Part shown: in pieces, positions 47,460 through 59,510 of the stretch
How positions within the stretch are numbered: the stretch's first letter is position 1
How the letters are laid out: each line of letters begins with the position of its first letter
Assembly (NCBI GenBank): GCA_051294375.1
Contig: CM119269.1
Coordinates: 23,293,497-23,357,496 of the forward strand
Reading direction: 5' to 3'
DNA length: 64,000 bases
Source: Paraspadella gotoi
Taxonomy: Eukaryota; Animalia; Chaetognatha
Notes under the pieces: generated by a model
Told to the model about the DNA's origin: nothing
The model's database searches: none
What the model saw: only the letters and a program-made list of their open reading frames with translations
Program-made: the position numbers and the translations under genes

Positions 47460-50400
47460 ATGAATTTGGACGAGTACAGACAACATGGAAAAGAGATGGT
47501 CGACTATATTGCCGATTATCTGGAGAACATCCGGGGACGCAGGTTGGATGGAGAGAAAATGGGAGATGTAACTGACGAGTATGAAATCTTGGCTCTCTTT
47601 TACCAATACACTCTTTTTCCGTTCCTTAATCCTGAGACATCACAGATTATAATAATAAAATATTATAATTAATATTAACAAACTCATAACCTTAATTCTT
47701 AACCTTAATCGCTTACCTTTACCCAAAACTCGAACTTAATCTTTAAACTTAATTCTTAATTTAAGATTAATTAGGGCATTCTGGGAATATAAGGCCAAAC
47801 CCGTTATTTAATTGGTTTGAGATTTTTTTATATACGTGAGTCGATATTCAGTGAAGAATGATAATTGAATGATGAATAGTATTTATAAGAAGTTTGACGA
47901 TGATAACAAGATAATGGTTATTATAAAATTATGGATCAACGGCAATAAATTTAACGGTTTAAGCAAAGATGAAAAAATAATAATAATAAAAAAGTTGATA
48001 AGAAAACGGGAGCAGGAAAAAACAGAGATAAAAAGAAAAAAGAAAAAACAGAGATAAAAAGTATAAAGTGAAAAAGTGAAAAAATATTTAATAGTTGATA
48101 AGATGAGGTATTTATAAATAGAATAAATATACATTGTTTCCCTTTTTTATGAAATTGGTACAACCAATATAAAAATTATCGATTTATTTAATAAATTAGT
48201 TTTCTTGTCCCTAACTTGGGGGATGCTTTGGTGGTTTAAGGCCTCCATCACTCTTACAAGAATGAAATCGGGCAATTAGTAGTAAGATTTATAAGTGCAT
48301 TAAAATTTAAGAAAATGAAATTATTAAAAATATCCGCGCCGTGATAGCGTACTGGGCGACCGTTCCATCTCCCAACACAATGGTCACGGGTTCTAGCCAT
48401 GGTCGGAACAGTCTTTGCAAAAAGAGTGACGGCCGGTTTAACCACCGGTAGCAAGCCAACCGCCGGATCCGAAGTTCCGGAAAGAAAAGTATAGTAGAGT
48501 TCCGGAAAATAAAATCGCCGGTCGAATTCTTTAAAAATTCCAATGCCCGCTAAGAAATTGTTTTGCTCCCTCTGTTCAAACGCCGGTCGCAAAACGTTAC
48601 CTTATTTGGAAGTATTTTTAGAATTATTTACATTAAAAATGTAAACCAAATTTCTCCTCTCGCGCCGTATAAAAATTCCACTTTGTACAATTAGCCAATT
48701 GGATTCCATTCGCTTTTCTGATTTCAATAAATCGATTCATCTCATTTTGTTCGCCATTTTTATCTCGACCACCTCCACTATATCTGACGGAAAAATCTCC
48801 CAGACCCACTGGGCACACCAAGTGTGGGGGGCTCTCATCACTCACAGAGAGCAATCGCGACCCTCTTTCTTCTCGGTCACTTCAATACTAAATTATATTG
48901 TTTTTCATTTTTTTCAATCCAGAGTTTTCCCGGATGTGAAACCCGGATATCTAAAGCCTCTCATACCAGAATCGGCTCCAACCAAAGGGGAATCGTGGAA
49001 AGATATCTTCAGGTAAGAAAAGTCGGCACTCTTTGCTCAGAACGCCCTCTTTCACTTTAAATTCGGAATTAAGTTTTTTTAAAGATCAAAAGGTTAGGTT
49101 AGGGATTATGTTAGGGATTAGGTTAGGGATTAAGTTAGAGATTAGGTTAGAGATTAGGTTAGGGATTAGGTTAGGGATTAAGGTTAAGGATTAGGTTAGG
49201 GACTGGGTTAGGAACTAGGTTAGGGATTAGGTTAACAATTAGGGTTAGGGTTAGTGTTATGGATTAGGTTAGAGATTAGGTTAGGGATTAAGGTTAGTGA
49301 TTAGGGTTAGGGATTAAGGGTAGTGATTAGATTAAGGATTAGGTGAGATATTAGGTTAGGGATTAGGTTAGGGATGAGGTTAAGAATTAGGTTAATGATT
49401 AAGATATGAGTTTTGTAACAGATTAAAGATTAAATATTAAGATTAAATTCAAATTCAAGAATTTAGAAACAGAATTAAGGCGCTCTTTGAAAAGAGATCC
49501 AGAAAGTTTTTAAATCAGAGGACCTACGTATTAGTCATAAAGAGAGAAGGTTTATAAGATTTAGTAAGAATTTATCTTTTTTTTTAAGAATTTTGTAGTT
49601 CTTAAAGTCTTTAGTTAAGAAAGTCTTTAGGTTCTAGTCCCTTTGGCCCCGAAGTCTTGAGGAGGGAAAAGGGTCGAAGTCAGAATGTCTTTAGGTACAA
49701 AAGCTGTGAGAGCTGAAAGAGTACAAAGTCTCTTTTACAAGAAAAGTTTTATTCTCGCCTCCTGTTTCCTCGAAAAGTTTTTTAATCTCATTTACATATT
49801 GTAGCTGTTTAAATGTCTTTTGATACAGTTTTTATAGAAGTAACTTAGTAACCCTAATCCTGTAATATTTTCAATGATAACTTTTTTTTTAATGTGAAAC
49901 TAACCTGTATTTAATTCAGGGACGTGGAGCGAGTGATCATGCCAGGGATGACCCACTGGCAATCGCCCCATATGCACGCTTATTTCCCGGCGCTTACTTC
50001 ACCCCCTTCAATGCTCGGAGATATGTTGGCCGACGCTATTGGTGAGAGATTGATGATCAGCTCATTTCACATTTGAATGATGCACTGATCAAGGCTATCG
50101 TGTCATAGCCGAATCATGTCCAAATTTTTAATAACAACGTTGTTGTAAACCATAATAAAATTTGTTTATGTTTTTTTAATGTTTCTCCAAAAAAAAATAA
50201 AATAGATTTGAATGACTGCATGAGAAAGTTTATACAGAATCTCTGCCAGAATAATTCTCGTAAGACAAATAATCAATGCCGTTTAGGGCTCTCTTTCCAA
50301 AAATGCCCTAGTTTTGGCTCACTTTTCCAAAGACGCTCAATTTCTGTCTCTTTTTTTTAAAACGGCCCATTCTTAACCCTAATTTCTAACTATAATCCCT

Positions 50401-50985
50401 TACTATATCTTAAAGCTAACCCTAACATTGTATCAAATTCCTAATCTCTAACCTTAAACCTTTGTACCTAACCATAATAACTCACCTTATCCCTAACCTT
50501 AACCCCTAACACTAACTTTTTTAAATTAAAAAAAACTTAATTCCGAATTTAAGATGAAATGGGACCTTCTAGGAAAACAAAGCCCCTGTTTTGTATTGTT
50601 TGTGTGACCAGGCTGTCTCGGATTCACTTGGGCATCGGCTCCAGCCTGTACAGAACTGGAAATCATTGTGATGAATTGGCTGGGGAAGATGATTGGCCTT
50701 CCGAAGGAATTCTTGCAAACGGAAGATCAAAAATTGGGTGGCGGAGTCATTCAGACCACGGCATCTGAATGCACTTTGGTCAGTAGAAGTCAATTTTATT
50801 GATAAAAATGATAATGATATTGATTATAAATATTTGTTTCTTTTTTTTACTTTAATTATCTTTACTTTAAAATTAGTTTTATTTCTTTTCTAACATTCTT
50901 TTAACCACATTGGAATTTTCTTCTATACTAATTATATATTTCTTAAAAAAAAAGACAGTCTTCAATTGTTGATTCCTTTATATTT

Positions 50986-51038
<53 letters not shown>

Positions 51039-54000
51039 TAATTTTTTATGTCATTTTTACTCTGGAATGCCTTAAAAAAATGATTCATCCATTTGAATGC
51101 AAATATTAGCAAATAAATAATAATAAAAAAATGTACTTGTATATTCCACAACGAATTGATTGAATACTAAATTACTGTCTTTATTTTTAGCAACATATTA
51201 TAATCTAAAATTCTTTTATTTTTAGGTTGCGCTTCTTGGTGCTAGGACTGAAGCCTTGCAGAGATTATTAACTAAAGAACCTCACTTGGATGTTTCCGAA
51301 GCTCATGGAAAGCTTATCGGGTGAGACAAAGGAAAATAAAGAAGCTTTTTGCTCTATTTACTGAGAGTGCCCCATTTCGCTCGTTTATCATAGAATTTAA
51401 ATTTAACTTTAATATTAATTTAAATATATTTTTTTAATTTATAAGCCAATCTTTCACCTTAATCCCTAACCTAATTTTTTAAACTAAATCCATAACCCTA
51501 ATAATAAACCATATCTTTAACCTTAATCATTAACCCAATCCCTAACCTAATCATTAACCCAATCCTTAACCTAATCATTAACCCAATCCCTAACCTAATC
51601 ATTAACCCAATCCCTAACCTAATCATTAACTCAATCCCTAACCTAATCATTAACCCAATCCTTAACCTAATCATTAACCCAATCCCTAACCTAATCATTA
51701 ACCCAATCCCTAACCTAATCCTTTAACCAAATTTTTATCTAAAAAAACTTAACCTAATTCCAAATTTAAAATGAAATAAGGTGTTATGAGAAAATAAGGC
51801 CAAGCTTTTTTCCTTTCCCTCTGTTTGATCTAAAGTCATATTTACTATTGTTTATTTTCCCAGCTACTGTTCAGAACAAGCTCACTCATCAGTGGAAAAG
51901 GCTGGACTGATTGCAATGGTTAAGATGAGACTTGTGCCAGTGGACGATCAACTTGCGCTCCGTGGTGACGCTTTGCGCAAAGCCATTGAAAAGGATAAGG
52001 CCAAAGGTGAGTGGCAAAGCCATTGAAAAGGATAAGGCCAAAGGTGAGTGGCAAAGCCTTTGAAAAGGGTAAGGCCAAAGGTGAGTGGCAAAGCCATTGA
52101 AAAGGATATGGCCAATGGTGAGTGGCAAAGCCATTGAAAAGGGTAAGGCCAAAGGTGAGTGGCAAAGCCATTGAAAAGGATAAGGCCAAAGGTGAGTGGC
52201 AAAGCCATTAAAAAGGATAAGGCCAAAGGTGAGTGGCAAAGCCATTAAAAAGGATAAGGCCAAAGGTGAGTGGCAAAGCCATTCAAAAGGGTAAGGCCAA
52301 AGGTGAGTGGCAAAGCCATTGAAAAGGATAAGGCCAAACGTGAGTGGCATCGATCATAAAATATGTAGAGAAGAGAGAGTACAGAGCAGGAAAAATTTTT
52401 AATGATTTAAAGTAATACAATATATTTTAAAAGCCTCTATGTTAGTAATTATAGTAGATAAATTTGAATTTTTTATTAGATTTTTATCATCTCGGTAAGA
52501 TACATACTTTAAAATTATTTATATCGCAGAACATTTTATCTTTACCTTGTTTCGTCTTATTGTTTATGGATTTTTATTTTGATTGTAGAAATTAAATTGA
52601 TGGCAAGTCAAAGTCATTTTTTATTTCTTTAAATACAAAGAATTAAGAAATGATAATATTATACTTTTTCAACTTTTCTTTCTCCAGGCTTCGTGCCCTT
52701 CTTTGTCTGTGGAACGCTCGGCACGACCGGCGCATGCGCCTTTGACAACATAGTTGAGATTGGGGAAGTGTGCCAAGCAGAAGGACTGTGGCTTCATCTG
52801 GACGCAGCATATGCCGGAACTTCATTTATCTGCCCAGAATATAGGCCGCTCATGGCGGGAATAGAGAAGGTAAAATGGAATTATATGCATCATTTACAAA
52901 GTAACGGAAATTAATATTTAGTTCCTGTAGCAGAGTAACTTGTGGTTTATTTTAAATGATATTGACTTTCTCAATCTCATTTACATATTGTAGCTATTTA
53001 GATTATATCTCATATCTTTTGATACGGTTTTCATAGAAGTCTTATTTTATTATTTTAGGATACTTTTAATAGAGTTTAATAATAAATAATTATTTTAACT
53101 AAGTTGATACACACCTTCATTCCTTCTTTTCCTCAGGCTCATTCCTTTGCCTTTAACCCATCTAAATGGATGATGGTCCACTTTGACTGTTCGGCCATGT
53201 GGGTCAAAAACAGCGGGGCACTCCACAAGACTTTCAATGTGGACCCCCTGTACCTCAAACACGAAAACACGGGCTATGCCATCGATTACATGCACTGGCA
53301 ACTCCAGCTGAGCAAGAGATTCAGAGCTCTCAAGCTCTGGTTCGTTATTCGATCTTTCGGAGTGGAGGGTCTACAACGCCACGTTCGCAAGGGAGTCCGT
53401 TTGGCAAAGAGTTTTGAGCAGATGGTCAGGAAGGATGAAAGGTTTGATTTCCTTTTCTTTTTTAGTAATGACTATTCGGCTCTATTTTCCCAGAACGCCC
53501 CGTTTTATATTCAATTCACAAACAATTTTATTTTTTGAAACAAATATTAGGTTAAAATATTAGATTAGAGACTTGGTTTGGAATTTAGGTTAGGGACTAG
53601 CGATTAGGGTTAGGGTTTGGGTTAGAAATTAAGGATAAGGGTTCAGGGTTAGGGTTCAGGATTAGGTTAATTTAAAGGATTAAGCTTAGGGATTGGTTTA
53701 TAAGTTTAAAAATATATTTAAATATTATGATTGGAATTAGGGTCTGGAAAAAAAAACAAAAAAGGGGCACACTTACAAAATAGAGCCCATGCAGAATAAT
53801 CGGCTCTCTTTTACAAGAGTGCCCCTTTTTTTTATATAATGATTCTGTGTAATTAAATAACTAAAACTTTCGTTTTCGAATCTGCTATATAATGATTCAA
53901 ATATTCTTTTTCTTTTAGATTTGAACTTCCCGCCAAACGATATCTGAGTCTTGTCTGCTTTCGTCTCAAAGGAGAAGACGCACTCACAGAGATACTTTTG

Positions 54001-56062
54001 AAGCGGCTTAATTCTCAAGGTAACAAACTGTAAAGACAAGCAAAAAAATAAAATAAAAATAAATGAATAAATAAATAAATAAATTAAAAAATACATAAAA
54101 AATATTAAAAAAATATAAGTAAGAAATTAAAATTGTTTATTTCAAAAATAAGTTTTGCGTTAATAAAGGCTAACAGTTTAGTTAAAACCTGTACATTTTC
54201 AAATAAAAAAAAAATCATTTCATACTACTCTCTAACTGAAGGGCTTTGGGCCTAACTAAGTCTCACGTCTAGCAGAAACCGAAAGGAATGGGATGAGAAT
54301 AAATGTATTTCCGAAAAAGTGTATACTGGTCCAAAAAAGGGGAGAGAGAAAGAGTCTGAGAGAAAGGAGAAGATGGACTGAACCTAAACTTGAACGCGAC
54401 CCCGAATCCCCGTGAGGAGGATGAGGAGGGAGGAGGAAAAGAGAGAGAAGAGGAGTTGAAGACCCGCGTCCTCTACCGGCCTTCGATTCTGCTACTATTA
54501 AACGAAATAAAAATATACAAAACGACTATGAAAAAATGTATACCAATTTATTGATGGGGAAGCTAAAGGATATATGGAAGGCTATAAACTAGACTGTACG
54601 GTACCATAAGTCTTGAATTTGAACTTGTTGCTTCCCGCTATTTTTTTTATAGTTTCATAAAAAAGTAATGAAGGTTTTATCCAACTATCACTTGCTATAA
54701 GGAGGTAAGATAACTTATTTAAAAACTTATTAAATAAATAAGTTATCTTGCCTCCTTACTTATGGCAAGTGATAGTTGGATAAAAAAATAATATTGGATT
54801 GAATTGCTAATTTTTATGAAATTGGTACAACAAATACAAACTTATCCATTCTTTAAATATCTTTTCTCTGACTTTGGACAGAATGTGGTAGTTTAAGGCC
54901 TCCATCATTTTTACGAAATAATCCCATAGCAGGTCCTTGTAAGCTTTTAATCAGGACTCTCTCACAGTCTCAATTAATCACTCCCAGAGTACCTGGCTTT
55001 CCTATTATGAAGTAGCATACATATTTTAAAGTATGTGATATGACATTATAAATTAATTTCACAAAAGCCAATGCATAATTTCACCATCCCTTCCTCAGGT
55101 CGCATTCACATGGTGCCCGCCTCCTTAAAAGGCAAATACGTGATTCGTTTCACGGTCACATCACAGACACGACTGAGGCCGATATCGCTCACGACTGGAA
55201 ACTGATTCAAGATGCAGCGAATCTTGTGTTGGCCGATGAAAATGTTGTTGATGGAGTTGAGATAGTGACCGAGACGATTCCTGAAGAAGACAATGGACAA
55301 GAGGCTGAGCAAGAAGTAGAGTGAGTTTGGAATTTGGGAAAAAACAATTAAGGGGAAGGTGTAAAAAAAGAAGAGAAGAAAATAAAACATAAGAAAAGAT
55401 AGGAAGAATAAAGGAAATGAGATAGAAAAAGAAGGGAAAAGAGTAAAAGAGTTAGGAAGAGAAGAAAAGGGAAAAAGAAAAGAATAGATAGGAAGAATAT
55501 AGGAAATAAGAGAGAAAGATTAAAAAAGAAAGGAATAAATACTAAAAGAATGAAAAAAAGGAGAAAAAGGGACTAAAATAGGGGTGCATTATTTTCGAAA
55601 GCGCCCTATTTAGATTCCTACTCCTTAGCCCTATCTTTAATATCCAGCTCTAATCTCTTTCTAAAAGTTTAATCCAATCCTTAATCCTAATCTCTTAACT
55701 TCAATCACTAATCCCTAACCCTAATCCCTAACCATATTTTCTAATCTTAAACCTCCAAACTACAAACTAATAAATCTATAACCTTAAACCCTAACTCTCT
55801 CTCCCTAAAAACTAACTTTATTCTGAATATAAATTGAAATGGGCTGCTTTCGGAAAACCGGGCCAAAAGGTATCGAGATGAAATATCTTTTCTGAGAAAT
55901 CTAAGAATTTTCTAAAAATAGAAAACTCGTGTTTTTTTTTAGCGAAAATGTGGCTCCTTCTACGACTCAAGCTGACGAACCACCGACATACAGCGCCGCT
56001 CCGTGGCGTCGAGGAATTCAGTCCGTCTCTCTCAGCGCAGAGTGTCCATCCCTAAATTGAAG
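47460..56062 (+). CDS. HDC: Histidine decarboxylase (group II PLP-dependent decarboxylase), at least 11 exons
   Basis: Exons 47460-47542, 48923-49012, 49920-50041, 50612-50778, 51226-51320, 51864-52006, 52688-52869, 53137-53441, 53919-54019, 55099-55320, 55943-56062. HDC-type motifs [52 protein letters not shown] (PLP Lys), and Ser in LSKRF where DDC has Gly. One base missing near 55167 and probably near 55985. C-terminal tail uncertain (possible exons near 56590 and 57010). Confidence 0.95.
49025..49500. mobile_element. Telomere-like-repeat MITE in HDC intron 2
   Basis: GGCACTCTTTGCTCAGAACGCCC ... GGCGCTCTTTGAAAAGAGATCC; (GGTTAGGGATTA)n interior. Confidence 0.75.
50287..50584. mobile_element. 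Telomere-like-repeat MITE in HDC intron 3
   Basis: GGCTCTCTTTCCAAAAATGCCC ... AAATGGGACCTTCTAGGAAAACAAAGCC. Confidence 0.7.
51351..51801. mobile_element. Telomere-like-repeat MITE in HDC intron 5 with a 24 bp internal array
   Basis: Family termini; (AACCTAATCATTAACCCAATCCCT) about x8 at 51520-51720. Confidence 0.7.
51977..52349 (+). repeat. 37 bp tandem repeat x10 made of the HDC exon 6 end plus 5' splice site
   Basis: Unit GCAAAGCCATTGAAAAGGATAAGGCCAAAG|GTGAGTG. Confidence 0.95.
53478..53787. mobile_element. Telomere-like-repeat MITE in HDC intron 8
   Basis: GGCTCTATTTTCCCAGAACGCCCC ... GGGGCACACTTACAAAATAGAGCC. Confidence 0.7.
54675..54785. repeat. Near-perfect inverted repeat (hairpin, ~47 bp arms)
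   Basis: TTTTATCCAACTATCACTTGCTATAAGGAGGTAAGATAACTTATTTA / TAAATAAGTTATCTTGCCTCCTTACTTATGGCAAGTGATAGTTGGATAAAA. Confidence 0.85.
55585..55864. mobile_element. Telomere-like-repeat MITE in HDC intron 10
   Basis: TTATTTTCGAAAGCGCCCTATTT ... AAATGGGCTGCTTTCGGAAAACCGGGCC. Confidence 0.65.
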
Positions 56063-56850
56063 GTAATAATAGTTATAATATATATATTAATAATAGTAGT
56101 GAAAACAACGATAATAACAGTAATTATTGTAGTGGGGCATTGCTATATTTTCACCCCGCCTAGAAGCGTGACACCTTCAGTCGTGAACTGATGGTTCATT
56201 AGTAATACCATCAGCTCATGACCATAAGGTACCGGGATCGATCCCCAATGATACCGAGACCGATCCTCAATTGTACCGTGATCGATCCCTANNNNNNNNN
56301 NNNNNNNNNNNNNNNNTATATTTAAAGTAAGGTTAGGGCTGAGTTTGGATTAGGTTAGAGATTAAGGTAAAGAATTTGGTTAGGGATTGGGGTTTAATAT
56401 TTAGGGTTAGAGATTAAGGTTAAGGATTAGGGTTGGGGATTAGTATTAAAGATTAAGATTAGGCATTAAGGTTAGGGTTAAAAAATTTGGGGTTTGTTTT
56501 GGGATTAGGTTATAGTTTGAAATGTAAGTTAGAGATTAAGTTAAGTTTAAAATTTTATTTTAGTTTAATATTATAATATTTTGGTTCTTAGCCAGGACCC
56601 GTTCCATTGCTGCTGAGGGGGCACAGTTGTTTTCAGCCTATTTAGCGACTTATCCACATGGTTAAAATTTAATACCGTAATAAAGAAACGGTAATAGAGC
56701 GCTCTCGGAAAATAGAGCCTTCCAAACCTAAATTGACATTAGATTTAAAAAAAAAAGTTTTTTTACCTTGGACTGAAGTCGGGAGAAAGATATTGAGGCG
56801 ATACACGGAATCTTGAAGAATCATAGAATTCTGAAATGATAATTGGGTTG

Positions 56851-56905
<55 letters not shown>

Positions 56906-57134
56906 AAGAGAGAGAGAGAGACTTACTTGTCCGAAGCTTGATCTATTTATACGCTCATCCATTTCAATAGCTCGCTTAACAAAATCAATACATTTAATAT
57001 TTAATTTTAGTCAGTTGGACAATTTGTCTATCATACTCTGCGAGAGTATAGCTTTTTGAAACGTAATGCTGACAACAGTTTCAACGAAAATTGTAATTAG
57101 ATTATCATCACAAGAGACATTAAAATATTTAAAA

Positions 57135-57298
57135 AAGTTTTTTTAGTTTGCCAATCATGATAATCGCAATAAATAGATTCGTTTCTGTCGGCATCTTTTA
57201 TTCAATTGTCATCAAAAAGTTTTTTTAGTTTGCCAATCATTGATATCGCAATAAATAGATTCGTTTCTGTCGCATCTTTTATTCAATTGTCATCAAAA
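57135..57298. repeat. ~80 bp tandem duplication; copies differ by single-base indels
   Basis: AAAGTTTTTTTAGTTTGCCAATCA...CAATTGTCATCAAAA x2. Confidence 0.85.
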
Positions 57299-58003
57299 TA
57301 AGTAATTTGTTGCTTATTATTATTTATCATTTGTCATTAATTATTTGTCATTAATTATTTGTCATAAATTATTGTCATTTATAATAAGTCATTAATAATT
57401 TGTCAGTTGTCATTTGTTATTTATCATTAACACATTTAACATTTGGCATTATTCATTTATCATTAGTTATTTATCAACTGTCATTAATCATTTATCATTT
57501 GTGAATTGTCATTTGTTATATATCATTAATCATTTATCATTTATAATTTGTCATTAATCATTTATAATTAATCATTTGTCATTAATCATTTGTCAGACAT
57601 CATTTGTCTTAGTGAATAATGTGACGGTCAAATGGCAGAAAATTTTAAATATGATTTTTTGAGCAAGAGGAAGAGGAGGAGGAAAGAGGAAGAGGAAGAG
57701 GCGGAAGAAGAGGAAGAAAAGGAATAGGAGGAAGAGTAGGAGGAGGAAAAGAAGAGGCGGAGGAGGAGGAAGACGAGAAAGAGAAGGAGGAGGAAGAAGA
57801 AGAAGAAGAAGAGGAGAGGAGGAATAGGAGGAAGAGTAGGAGTAGAGGAAGAAGAGGAGGAAAAGGAGAGGGAGGAAGAGGAGGAAAAGTATATAAAAGA
57901 CAAATTTTATCATCGTTAAAAATCATTTTTTAGTTCATTAAAGAGAAAGAAATAGAGAAAATTAAAAAGAAAATTTTCGGAACAAGATACGCACGAAGAG
58001 GGT

Positions 58004-58094
<91 letters not shown>

Positions 58095-58791
58095 CGCAAT
58101 CTCCTTATGACGTAACATGTTCATCTCTGATATAAAGAGATCAATGATTCTCTCTTCCTTGGGGCATTTTTCCTTCTCGCACGAGCCGGAGCTCTTCCTG
58201 CAATCGATAAAATGCCCCTCAAGTTTCTTTAAATATTTTATATTTATTTCTACATAAATCTATATATATATATCTATATCTATATATAACTATCTATATA
58301 TATCTATCTATATATCTATATATCTAGTCTTAACTGAACCGACCGTACTATAATCTGATGTTTTTGTCACTTTTAATTAAACTTAACGAGTAAATTAATT
58401 TTTTAATTGTTTTATACTAAAAATACTTTTGACAAGCTATATATATATATATCCATCCCTCGGTAAAAACTTTCAGCGTATCTGGATTTAACAATGATGT
58501 GTAATAATATTCTATGAAATCTTCAATGTATAAAATGTACACTCCCTTAGGAAAGTAAATAGAATAAATTAAAATTCTTATTCTATTTCATAATTTTTGT
58601 CAAGTCTTAATTGACCCGCTATACAGTAATTCGAGTTATGTTATTTTTGTAACTTTAATTCAACTTATGACTTTAAACAATCTATTAATTAAAATCTTAA
58701 ATCATCTCTTAACCGTATGAGATATCATCTACAAACCATCTGCTAAACCATCTGCTAATATCTTCATTTCGATTACACTCTTTCATTCGCT

Positions 58792-58969
58792 GCCTCTCTT
58801 TTCCCAGAGCGACCATTTCAGTTTCTTTCCCCGGAATTTAATTTAAACCTTAATCCAAAGTTTTAATCTCTAACCCTAACCTTTAACCCTAATCTTTAAC
58901 TTTAAAAAAAAAAAAAAACTTTAATTCCTATTTAATAAATGAAACGGGCCGTTCTGGTTTAATAAAGCC
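58792..58969. mobile_element. Short telomere-like-repeat MITE just past the SLC37 stop codon
   Basis: GCCTCTCTTTTCCCAGAGCGACCATTTC ... GAAACGGGCCGTTCTGGTTTAATAAAGCC. Confidence 0.6.
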
Positions 58970-58979
58970 TCTTCCCACA

Positions 58980-59440
58980 TCAGCGCCGCCGTCCAGCAGC
59001 AATCACGGCAGCGAGCGGCAGCGCGGCGGCGGCGTTACAGACGATCCACATTGAAATGACGCCGCCCCAACCGGCCACGCGAGAACGACGCCGGTGAGCA
59101 GCGGGCGAAAGCGGCGCCAATGGAACCGGAACCGTCAATTATGGCGGAGACCGTGGCCAGAGCCTTTGTGGAGGGAGAGGGAAAAAGGAGAGAGAGAGAG
59201 AGAGATGAGACATGAAGAGAAGTTGGGATATATTAATGATAGATTAATGATAGATTATTGATAGATTTAGAGGTAAAACAATGTATTGATTACTTTTAAA
59301 GGAGACGACGAAGACGACGACGACAGCGATGGATCTTGACCCAAAGAAGCAGAAACTGTTGTGTTATTATCGTCTTCGGTCCTTGAATGAAAAAGCCAGA
59401 GGCGAGCAGAGCGAAGAGGTGGAGAGGGGAGAGAATGGGG

Positions 59441-59510
<70 letters not shown>

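Noticed and set aside
49080-49400. True telomere or chromosome fusion scar
   Set aside because: The repeats are degenerate and enclosed by MITE-like inverted ends in many intronic copies.
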